29,097 bases of DNA from an uncultured virus (IMG/VR IMGVR_UViG_3300020048_000028) (Duplodnaviria; Heunggongvirae; Uroviricota; Caudoviricetes). Shown in pieces: positions 1 to 7,186 of this stretch. The notes under the pieces are model-generated. The model worked only from the letters and a program-made list of their open reading frames with translations, searched no databases and was not told the origin of the DNA. Made by a program: the position numbers and the translations under genes. Numbering within the stretch: position 1 is the stretch's first letter; every line of letters starts with the position of its first letter. Location of the stretch: the IMG/VR virus record IMGVR_UViG_3300020048_000028. The stretch is one strand, 5' to 3'.

Positions 1-480
1 AGTATTGGAGGATTTGCTAATTTTGAAAATAGTCAAGTAAAAGATTTAGGTAATCTAACAACTATTGGTAGTATTGGAGGATTTGCTAATTTTGAAAATA
101 GCCAAGTTGAAAATTTAGGCAATCTAACAACTATTAGAGGAGATGCTTATTTTGGTAATAGTCAAATTAAAAATTTAGGTAATCTAACAAGTATTGGCGG
201 AGCTGCTTATTTTGAAGATAGTAAAGTTGAAAATTTAGGCAATCTATCTTATATTGGGGGGAATATATATGCAAAGGGAAACAAATTAACCAAAGAGCAA
301 GTTGAGCAGCATATAAAAAATATAAATGCAATTAATCTTATTAGAAAAGGATTGTACTATATTTCAAACGGAGAGGTTTTTATTAAACGAAATGATGTTG
401 AAGTAAAAAAAGTAGATTATAAACATTTTTTCATCAGAGATTTGAAATTCAATGATAACGGAACAATAGCATTAAGATAA
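1..480 (+). CDS. 20-aa solenoid (LRR-like) repeat protein, paralog A; 5' truncated by window edge
   Basis: Frame +1 is open from base 1 to TAA at 478-480: SIGGFANFENSQVKDLGNLTT...FFIRDLKFNDNGTIALR. Same repeats and C-terminal domain as the three downstream ORFs. Absent from the ORF track because its start is outside the window. Confidence 0.9.
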   Translation, partial: SIGGFANFENSQVKDLGNLTTIGSIGGFANFENSQVENLGNLTTIRGDAYFGNSQIKNLGNLTSIGGAAYFEDSKVENLGNLSYIGGNIYAKGNKLTKEQVEQHIKNINAINLIRKGLYYISNGEVFIKRNDVEVKKVDYKHFFIRDLKFNDNGTIALR

Positions 481-1397
481 TGACACAGGAAGAAATAAAA
501 ATAAATATAGAAAATCAAATAGAGGATTTTAGGAAAACCTTAAAACCTGATGAGATAGCTGAGTCTGAACAAGACTTCAATCCAAAAAAAACTAAATTGA
601 TTTATTTTAATGTTAATTTTGAATTTACTAAAATAACAGATTTAGGTACGCTTGAAGTGATTGATGGATACGCTGATTTTAAAAACAGTAAAATAAAAAA
701 TTTAGGCAATCTAAAAATTATTGGTGGATATGTTAGTTTTAGCAATAGTGAAATATTTGATTTGGGTAAATTAAAAAGTGTTCAATCTGATGTTTATTTA
801 ACAGATAGTAAAGTAACTAATTTAGGTAATCTGACAACTATTGGGGGTGATATTAGTTTTAGATATATAACTAATTTAGGTAATCTAACGACTATTGGTA
901 GTTATGCTTCTTTTCATGGAAGTAAAGTAACTGATTTAGGTAATATAAGAATTATTGGCGGAGGTTGTCGCTTTCAGGATAGTGAAGTAATAAGTTTAGC
1001 TAATCTAAAATTTATTGGTAAAAATGCTGATTTTACAGATAGTAAAATAAAAAATCTTGGTAATTTAACGACTATTGTTGGAGAAGCTGCTTTTGAAAAT
1101 AGCCAAGTTGAAAATTTAGGCAATCTATCTTACATCGGAGGAAATATAAGTGCAAACGGAAATAAATTAACCAAAGAACAAGTTGAGCTGCATATAAAAA
1201 AGATGAATGCAATTAATATCATCAAAAAAGGGTTATATTATATTTCAAAAGGAAAAATTTTTATGCAGCCAAGAGAAGGAGAATGGGGATTTACGCTTGG
1301 TAAATCCATAAATCGTTTTTCCCTTTCGAGTAAGGGTAGGGATTTTTTAATTAGGGATTTGAAATTCAATGATAACGGAACAATAGCATTAAGATAA
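480..1397 (+). CDS. 20-aa solenoid (LRR-like) repeat protein, paralog B (9 repeats plus cap)
   Basis: 305 aa. N-domain MTQEEIKINIEN...DFNPKKTKL, repeats IGGxAxFxNSxIxNLGNLTT, C-domain KGLYYIS...RDLKFNDNGTIALR. TAATG overlap with neighbours. Confidence 0.9.
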   Translation: MTQEEIKINIENQIEDFRKTLKPDEIAESEQDFNPKKTKLIYFNVNFEFTKITDLGTLEVIDGYADFKNSKIKNLGNLKIIGGYVSFSNSEIFDLGKLKSVQSDVYLTDSKVTNLGNLTTIGGDISFRYITNLGNLTTIGSYASFHGSKVTDLGNIRIIGGGCRFQDSEVISLANLKFIGKNADFTDSKIKNLGNLTTIVGEAAFENSQVENLGNLSYIGGNISANGNKLTKEQVELHIKKMNAINIIKKGLYYISKGKIFMQPREGEWGFTLGKSINRFSLSSKGRDFLIRDLKFNDNGTIALR

Positions 1398-2152
1398 TGA
1401 CACAGGAAGAAATAAAAATAAATATAGAAAATGAAATAGAAGCTTTTAAAAAGACTTTAAAGCCTGATGAGATAGCTGAGTCTGTTGATGACTTCAATCC
1501 TAAAAAGACTAAGTTGATTGATGGATACGCCAATTTTGAAAATAGTAAAATAGAAGATTTAGGCACACTTGAGGCTATTGGAGGATTTGCTAATTTTGAA
1601 GATAGCCAAGTTAAAAATTTAGGCAATCTAACAACTATTGGAGGAGATGCTTATTTTCAAAATAGTCGTATTAAAAATTTAGGTAATCTAACAACTATTG
1701 GAGGATATGCTGATTTTGGAAACAGTAAAGTAGAAAATTTAGGCAATCTAACAATTATTGGTGGAACTGCTATTTTTTATCATAATACTAAAATAAAGGA
1801 TTTAGGGAATCTAAAAAGTATTGGCGAAAGTGCTAATTTTGTAGGTACTGAAGTAACAGATTTAGGCAATCTAACAAGTATTGGTAAAAATGCTAATTTT
1901 AATTATAGTCAAGTAACAGATTTGCGTAATCTATCTTATATCGGAGGAGATATATTAGCAAACGGAAATAAATTAACCAAAGAGCAAATCGAGCTTCATT
2001 TAAAAAAGATAAATGAAATTAACCTTATTAGAAAAGGGTTGTACTACATTTCAAACGGAGAAGTTTTTATTAATAGAAATGATGCTGATTATAAACATTT
2101 TTTCATCAGAGATTTGAAATTCAATGATAACGGAACAATAGCATTAAGATAA
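1397..2152 (+). CDS. 20-aa solenoid (LRR-like) repeat protein, paralog C (7 repeats plus cap)
   Basis: 251 aa, same architecture. The 60-nt periodicity is visible directly in the DNA at 1561-1780. Confidence 0.9.
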   Translation: MTQEEIKINIENEIEAFKKTLKPDEIAESVDDFNPKKTKLIDGYANFENSKIEDLGTLEAIGGFANFEDSQVKNLGNLTTIGGDAYFQNSRIKNLGNLTTIGGYADFGNSKVENLGNLTIIGGTAIFYHNTKIKDLGNLKSIGESANFVGTEVTDLGNLTSIGKNANFNYSQVTDLRNLSYIGGDILANGNKLTKEQIELHLKKINEINLIRKGLYYISNGEVFINRNDADYKHFFIRDLKFNDNGTIALR

Positions 2153-2913
2153 TGACACAGGAAGAAATAAAAATAAATATAGAAAATGAAATAGAAGCTT
2201 TTAAAAAGACTTTAAAGCCTGATGAGATAGCTGAGTCTGTTGATGACTTCAATCCTAAAAAGACTAAGTTAATTGATGGAGCTGCTGATTTTGAAAAAAG
2301 TACAATAAAAGATTTAGGCACACTTGAGGTTATTATTGGAAATGCTGCTTTTTTTAGATATATTAAAAATTTAGGTAATCTAACAATTATTGGTGGAAAT
2401 TCTGATTTTCAAAATACTAAAGTAGAAAATTTAGGCAATCTAAAAATTATTGGAAGAAGTGCTAATTTTCAAAATAGCCAAATTAAAAATTTAGGTAATC
2501 TAATAAGTATTGGTGGTACTGCTAATTTTGAAGATAGTAAAGTAGAAAATTTAGGCAACCTGACGACTATTGGTAGAGATGCTTTTTTTCCAAATAGTGA
2601 AATTGAGAATTTAGGTAATCTAACAACTATTGAAGGAATTGCTTATTTTAAAGGTAGTCAAGTTCAAAATTTAGGCAATCTATCTTATATCGGAGGATTT
2701 TACGCAAACGGAAACAAATTAACCAAAGAGCAAGTTGAGCAGCATATAAAAAATATAAATGCAATTAATCTTATTAGAAAAGGATTGTACTATATTTCAA
2801 ACGGAGAGGTTTTTATTAAGCGAAATGATGTTGGAGTAAAAAAAGTAGATTATACGCAATTTTTCATCAAAGATTTGAAATTCAACAATAATGGAACAAT
2901 AGAATTAAAATAA
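2152..2913 (+). CDS. 20-aa solenoid (LRR-like) repeat protein, paralog D (7 repeats plus cap), last of the array
   Basis: 253 aa. N-terminal ~43 aa identical to paralog C; C-domain closest to paralog A. Confidence 0.9.
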   Translation: MTQEEIKINIENEIEAFKKTLKPDEIAESVDDFNPKKTKLIDGAADFEKSTIKDLGTLEVIIGNAAFFRYIKNLGNLTIIGGNSDFQNTKVENLGNLKIIGRSANFQNSQIKNLGNLISIGGTANFEDSKVENLGNLTTIGRDAFFPNSEIENLGNLTTIEGIAYFKGSQVQNLGNLSYIGGFYANGNKLTKEQVEQHIKNINAINLIRKGLYYISNGEVFIKRNDVGVKKVDYTQFFIKDLKFNNNGTIELK

Positions 2914-2915
2914 GC

Positions 2916-3821
2916 CTATTCTTTATTTTCAATTTCATTTATAAAGTTTTTAAGCTCCAATCCTTGATGAATAAGTTTATCAAATATCTTTATTATCGCT
3001 AATCTTTTCATTTCTGAACTTATAATATCTTCAATAGTAGGCGTAATGCTATTTGTTGATATTGCATTTATTATATCTCTAAATTGTTTTATTTCAAATG
3101 TAGACTTAGCATTATGAGAAGAATGTTTTCTTATAGTGTTGGTTCTTGCTTTGTCGTATAATATTTCTTTTTCTAAAGTGGTAAGGTATCCTATCGAGTG
3201 CTTGATACAGTAGTCATAAAATATATGACCAAAATCGTATATTTTAATTTCCTCTCCTTTTTTATGTCTTTCAAAATCATCTATATGAGATTGAAGCCAT
3301 CTTTGATAATATTCTTTTTTCTCATCATCATTTATTTTAGAGGGTTCATTTTTTTGAATAGATTGTAATGATTTTATAGCTTCAGATTTAATAGTTTGAT
3401 TATATGTTTTTAACCAATTATAAAAAGTACGAACACTTAATCCCATATATTCGCCTAAATCTCCTCTAATTCCTTTTCTAAAGGCTAAACTAATCTCAGA
3501 TAGCGTCATGTAACCAAAGTCCGAGAAGATGTCTTTGATGACAAGTATAATTAATTCTGATATGTTTTCAGTTTTAAATCCTGATTCAAAAATCGTTAGG
3601 TTAATTAATTCCTGTATTTTTTTACCTGATAAGTTAGCGTCTATATCTTTAATAGGTTTTTCTGAAAAACGAGCAAGCAAAACCTCTCTATTAGAAATGC
3701 TTATATTTGAGTCTTTAATGTCTGATATGGTTATTTCTCCCCAAACTTTAAAGTTGTCGTTAATTTCATTTTCATTTAAAACTTGGATTGATTGGTTTGT
3801 GTTTGAAATTTCGTTGTTCAT
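2916..3821 (-). CDS. Phage replication protein, putative helicase loader (lambda P-like position)
   Basis: 301 aa directly downstream of the initiator-like gene. Motif MTLSEISLAFRKGIRGDLGEYMGLSVRTFYNWL resembles proteins found at this position in Bacteroidota phages. Function inferred from position. Confidence 0.5.
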   Translation of the reverse strand: MNNEISNTNQSIQVLNENEINDNFKVWGEITISDIKDSNISISNREVLLARFSEKPIKDIDANLSGKKIQELINLTIFESGFKTENISELIILVIKDIFSDFGYMTLSEISLAFRKGIRGDLGEYMGLSVRTFYNWLKTYNQTIKSEAIKSLQSIQKNEPSKINDDEKKEYYQRWLQSHIDDFERHKKGEEIKIYDFGHIFYDYCIKHSIGYLTTLEKEILYDKARTNTIRKHSSHNAKSTFEIKQFRDIINAISTNSITPTIEDIISSEMKRLAIIKIFDKLIHQGLELKNFINEIENKE

Positions 3822-3823
3822 CT

Positions 3824-4534
3824 TTATTTTTTTAGTGTGTTAAAATCAAAATTTTCTATTTTCTTATTTCCCTCAATAATATTATCCATTTTTGTAACTA
3901 CTTGTTTTTTGTATTGATTTGAGGATTGGTTTGGTCTTTGGAATTTTGAATTTCTCCTGAAGCAATTTATAAATGATTTGCTCCAATCTACCATCTTCTT
4001 AGCTCCTACTTTCCACCCAACACTTTCATAGTAATCATAAATTGAAATAATTTCTTCGGGTTGTACTCCTGCCCAATCTCCTTTGTTGAAATGTGAAATT
4101 ATCTCATCTACGGTAGGTTTTACAAATGTAGATGGCATTTTAGATTTAGTCGCTTTCTTTACATTTTTTATAGCAGATTGTAATTCATTAGCGTTATTAA
4201 ATCTCGATAGATTGTTTTCTATCTGTAATTTTATAAAGTTTCCTTCTGTCGTTTTTAAGTCAAGTGGTAATCTGTTTTGATGTAACAAAAACTTTTTAAT
4301 CCATATCTTTGTGAAATCAGCACTTAATATATAAGTTTTTTGTAAGTTTTTTAGACTTGATGTTAATCCATCTTTACTTATTCCTGTTTCATTAGTAATC
4401 TTGCTAAAATTAACATCTAAAAATCCTGCATCATCACAGTTTTCATAAAAATATATGAAGATGAGTTTTTCAAAAGGTTTTAGGTTAAGGAAAAACGTAT
4501 CTTTCCATTTTTCAGGTTTGGTTATCCGTATCAT
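3824..4534 (-). CDS. Phage replication initiator / replisome organizer-like protein
   Basis: N-terminal KWKDTFFLNLKPFEKLIFIYFYENCDDAG winged-helix-type start. C-terminal FVKPTVDEI...YDYYESVGWKVGAKKMVDW typical of phage initiators. Start at 4534 (MIRITK) preferred over 4591 to avoid overlap. Confidence 0.7.
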   Translation of the reverse strand: MIRITKPEKWKDTFFLNLKPFEKLIFIYFYENCDDAGFLDVNFSKITNETGISKDGLTSSLKNLQKTYILSADFTKIWIKKFLLHQNRLPLDLKTTEGNFIKLQIENNLSRFNNANELQSAIKNVKKATKSKMPSTFVKPTVDEIISHFNKGDWAGVQPEEIISIYDYYESVGWKVGAKKMVDWSKSFINCFRRNSKFQRPNQSSNQYKKQVVTKMDNIIEGNKKIENFDFNTLKK

Positions 4535-4541
4535 GTTGTTT

Positions 4542-4823
4542 TTAGTTGTAAGCAATTTGTTTTTCAATAATGCCATGCTCGTTATAAGCATCTTTAAATG
4601 TTACAGATTCCAAGTTGTAAAAAGATTTGAAATCTTTCCTTAAATCTTTTAATATTGCATTTGAAACTTCAGGCAAACAAACAAAGCACCCGTGCATCTT
4701 TTCTTTGAAATGGAAGAAATCATCAGAGCAATGTAAATAATTGCAACTATCTTTAATTCTTATGACACAGAAATCTTTAGGTATTTCTGAATACTTGAGT
4801 GATAATTTATTAATAATTTCCAT
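4542..4823 (-). CDS. Hypothetical protein
   Basis: Likely start MEIINK at 4823, just after the stop of the VRR-NUC 3' fragment. Confidence 0.65.
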   Translation of the reverse strand: MEIINKLSLKYSEIPKDFCVIRIKDSCNYLHCSDDFFHFKEKMHGCFVCLPEVSNAILKDLRKDFKSFYNLESVTFKDAYNEHGIIEKQIAYN

Positions 4824-4824
4824 T

Positions 4825-4989
4825 TTATTTAATATTAAAATATGCTTTAATTTCTTTAATAGCATCATCTGCACCAAAACAACAAATAGATTTAAAGCCA
4901 ATATTGTTTAATTTCTCTATTAATTCTTTTTGTTCTTTAGAGAGCGTACCTTTTGATTTAACTATTCTACCTTCGTTCTTTCCTTTTAA
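4825..4989 (-). pseudogene. VRR-NUC nuclease, C-terminal fragment separated by the IS607 insertion
   Basis: Translates LKGKNEGRIVKSKGTLSKEQKELIEKLNNIGFKSICCFGADDAIKEIKAYFNIK*, containing the KG-x-LS-x-EQ motif that ends VRR-NUC domains. No start codon of its own. Confidence 0.88.
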
Positions 4990-5016
4990 TAGTTATAAAT
5001 AATATAGAAATAAATT

Positions 5017-6282
5017 CTATGCTACTTTTTTATAATGATGTCCACTTTTCAGATTAATCATTATTGGACGTACTACAACGCCCTCTATTCCATCTGCAAA
5101 AGCGTTTGGAAATTCTTTTCTTATTATATTACCACTACCGTTACAATCGGCATTTATTTTAATTTTGTTTTTTGATATAAATAATCCACGATGCTTTCTT
5201 CTTCCTAAATATTCTTCTTGATGTTTCATTTCCTCATTATCAATAAAACTGCATTTACTTGTATAGCTTTCTTCTGTTACGATTACTTCCACTCCAACTA
5301 ATTTACATTTGTACTGAATCATTTGAATAAAACGAGCATGAGGAATATTTACAAAAGCCTGATTATTTCTTTTACCTATATTTATATCGGTTTTCCATTG
5401 TTTGTTTTTGCCAATTACTAAAACTCCAAATTTATTTAAAACAAGGTGGTCAACTATTATTTTACTTGAATTGTGCAAATAATTGTCAACTTTTCTATTT
5501 CTTTTATTTGTTATTTTTATTAATCGGTTCGAGGATTTATCACCTACATAAGATTGTAATTGTGCTTTTTTCTTATTGTAGAATTGATTTATAGATTTTA
5601 GTGGTCTGCCGTTAATCAGTAGTGGTACTACTTTTTGATTTGATGTTATAGCTACTAAATTATTTAATCCTAAATCTACTCCTGCTACCCTGTTTTTGTT
5701 TAAGTTTTCATTGATTACCTCCTGTTTATTATAAACTATTTCGATTACATAATGACCTATTTTAGGCACTACTCTTACTTGTTGTATTGTATTTGTATCT
5801 TGCTTTGTCCGTATTCTTATTTTAGTTCCTGATAATAAAACAAATCCTTTTCTCAATTCTACTTTTGAAATTGCTTGAATAGTATAAATTAAAATACCTC
5901 TACCATTTTTTTTATGCTTATATTTAGGTAATGATGGTTTCCCTTTATATTTACTCGGATTCTTTTTCCAATCACGAATTGATTTAAAAAACGAAGTCCA
6001 ATTTTTATCCAATAACCTTAAAATGTGTTGAGAAACTTTTGAAGGTAATTTTTTATAATCAAAATCTTTATCATCTTGTAATTGTTTTTGTATTTTGTTA
6101 TAACGAATCCAATTTGCCTTATCACGTTTACCTAATTCTTTTTCTTTTGATGTTGAGATAAATTCCTGACGAATTATGTAATTAGCTTTATTATAAAGGT
6201 TCTTTGACAGAAATCCAATAGAATCTAACTCATCATAAAATAAGTGATTTTTATTAATTATATGTCGCTCTACTAATTGCAT
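5017..6282 (-). CDS. tnpB: TnpB RNA-guided endonuclease
   Basis: 421 aa: SKNLYNKANY N-terminus, RuvC-I AGVDLGLNN, EESYTSKCS, RuvC-III INADCNG, C-terminal ADGIEGVVVRP. Confidence 0.95.
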   Translation of the reverse strand: MQLVERHIINKNHLFYDELDSIGFLSKNLYNKANYIIRQEFISTSKEKELGKRDKANWIRYNKIQKQLQDDKDFDYKKLPSKVSQHILRLLDKNWTSFFKSIRDWKKNPSKYKGKPSLPKYKHKKNGRGILIYTIQAISKVELRKGFVLLSGTKIRIRTKQDTNTIQQVRVVPKIGHYVIEIVYNKQEVINENLNKNRVAGVDLGLNNLVAITSNQKVVPLLINGRPLKSINQFYNKKKAQLQSYVGDKSSNRLIKITNKRNRKVDNYLHNSSKIIVDHLVLNKFGVLVIGKNKQWKTDINIGKRNNQAFVNIPHARFIQMIQYKCKLVGVEVIVTEESYTSKCSFIDNEEMKHQEEYLGRRKHRGLFISKNKIKINADCNGSGNIIRKEFPNAFADGIEGVVVRPIMINLKSGHHYKKVA

Positions 6283-6848
6283 TATTTTTCTAATTCTTTT
6301 ATCAGTTGTTCGGTTTTTCTTTTAGTTCTTCGTTGACCATATAGCCTTGCTGTAAAACTTGTGATTATAGAAACAAAATCCTGCATTAAATCATCTCTGT
6401 CGCTACTTTGTTTGTTAACTACTTCGATTGACCTACCTTGATTTTTCATTAATTTTTCAATATAATTCATACCAAATCGACTAAATCTATCAGAATGTTC
6501 TACAACTATTTTAGTTACACTTTTATCAAGTAATAATTTCTCTAATTGTTTTCGATTATCATTTAATCCACTTCCAATTTCTTTTACTACCTTGTCAACC
6601 TTCCATCCTTTCGCATTGCAATAGGAAATCAATCTATCAGCTTGTTTTTCTAAATTATTTTTATTTTCACTTGACGAAACCCTTGTGTAAATAACAATTT
6701 TTTCTTCAATATTAGTTAACTCTTTATTGTCAACAACAATACTACCTGACGTAAGTTTTCTTGAATTTGGTATTTTACCCATCTTGAATAAATCCCATGC
6801 TCGTTTATATCCTAAATCATTCTTTTTTGCCCAATCTCTTAATTTCAT
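6282..6848 (-). CDS. tnpA: IS607-family transposase TnpA (serine recombinase with N-terminal HTH)
   Basis: 188 aa: N-terminal MerR-like HTH, catalytic IYTRVSS, EIGSGLN, VEHSDRFSRFG, SFTARLYGQR. Confidence 0.95.
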   Translation of the reverse strand: MKLRDWAKKNDLGYKRAWDLFKMGKIPNSRKLTSGSIVVDNKELTNIEEKIVIYTRVSSSENKNNLEKQADRLISYCNAKGWKVDKVVKEIGSGLNDNRKQLEKLLLDKSVTKIVVEHSDRFSRFGMNYIEKLMKNQGRSIEVVNKQSSDRDDLMQDFVSIITSFTARLYGQRRTKRKTEQLIKELEK

Positions 6849-6852
6849 ATTA

Positions 6853-6901
6853 CAAATATATGAATATTTTTATACTTATATATATTTATTTATATATATT
6901 T
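6853..6901 (-). promoter_or_regulatory. IS left end: Bacteroidota-type -7 promoter element and 12-nt direct repeats (candidate TnpA binding sites)
   Basis: Minus-strand TATATTTG at 6860-6853, 4 nt before the tnpA ATG. ttatatatattt occurs at 6876-6887 and 6890-6901. Confidence 0.55.
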
Positions 6902-6910
6902 GTTAAATGT

Positions 6911-7186
6911 TTATAATACAATTCTATTATGCTCAGGAGCTTTTAATTCTATAACCAATCCATGATATTTTAAAACATCGTTTTCGTATTTAGGGTGCAG
7001 AAAAACAAAATCAGGTATTCCTGCTAATGCTCCCATAATGCTAAACTTGTATTGCTCAAACTTACTTCTCCTGCCTTCGTTTACAGGATGAAAACAAATA
7101 ACATCTTTAAGATTATCTTTTACATAACTCACAACTTCAACATGATGTTTATCTTCAACTGATAGGAACTTGTAAAAAGGATTCAT
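6911..7186 (-). pseudogene. VRR-NUC nuclease (Holliday junction resolvase-like), N-terminal fragment
   Basis: FHPVNEG...MGALAGIPDFVF...LVIELKA PD-(D/E)XK motifs. Truncated by a TAA at the IS junction. Confidence 0.88.

Larger units (their letters stand above)
439..2187 (+). repeat. Identical 77-nt direct repeat spanning each gene junction of the array (439-515, 1356-1432, 2111-2187)
   Basis: gatttgaaattcaatgataacggaacaatagcattaagataatgacacaggaagaaataaaaataaatatagaaaat is read identically three times. Confidence 0.9.
4992..6913 (-). mobile_element. IS607-family insertion sequence (tnpA serine recombinase + tnpB), about 1.93 kb
   Basis: tnpA-tnpB pair with no terminal inverted repeats, flanked by TAATA at 4987-4991 and 6914-6918. 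Removing the element and one copy rejoins the VRR-NUC frame. Exact ends are ambiguous within the 5-nt homology. Confidence 0.92.

Noticed and set aside
1366..2321. Minus-strand ORFs 1366..1626 and 2121..2321 that resemble each other
   Set aside because: Antisense shadows of the duplicated paralog junctions.
1..2700. CRISPR-like array (conserved aatttaggtaatctaaca every ~60 nt)
   Set aside because: Repeats are degenerate at synonymous positions and lie in long open frames; they are protein-coding repeats.
1..2913. Diversity-generating retroelement acting on the repeats (variable codons are mostly NNT, as expected from AAY mutagenesis)
   Set aside because: No reverse transcriptase or non-coding template repeat in the window. 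Differences are not confined to adenines, and T-ending codons are expected in AT-rich DNA. It cannot be excluded outside the window.
4824..4901. N-terminal extension of ORF 4542..4901 in the track
   Set aside because: It overlaps the VRR-NUC C-terminal fragment in another frame; the ATG at 4823 is the plausible start.
4992..6913. IStron (group I intron plus IS607) that would splice out of the VRR-NUC mRNA
   Set aside because: Only ~65 nt of low-complexity AT DNA lie between the left junction and tnpA, and ~25 nt after tnpB, leaving no room for a group I ribozyme core.
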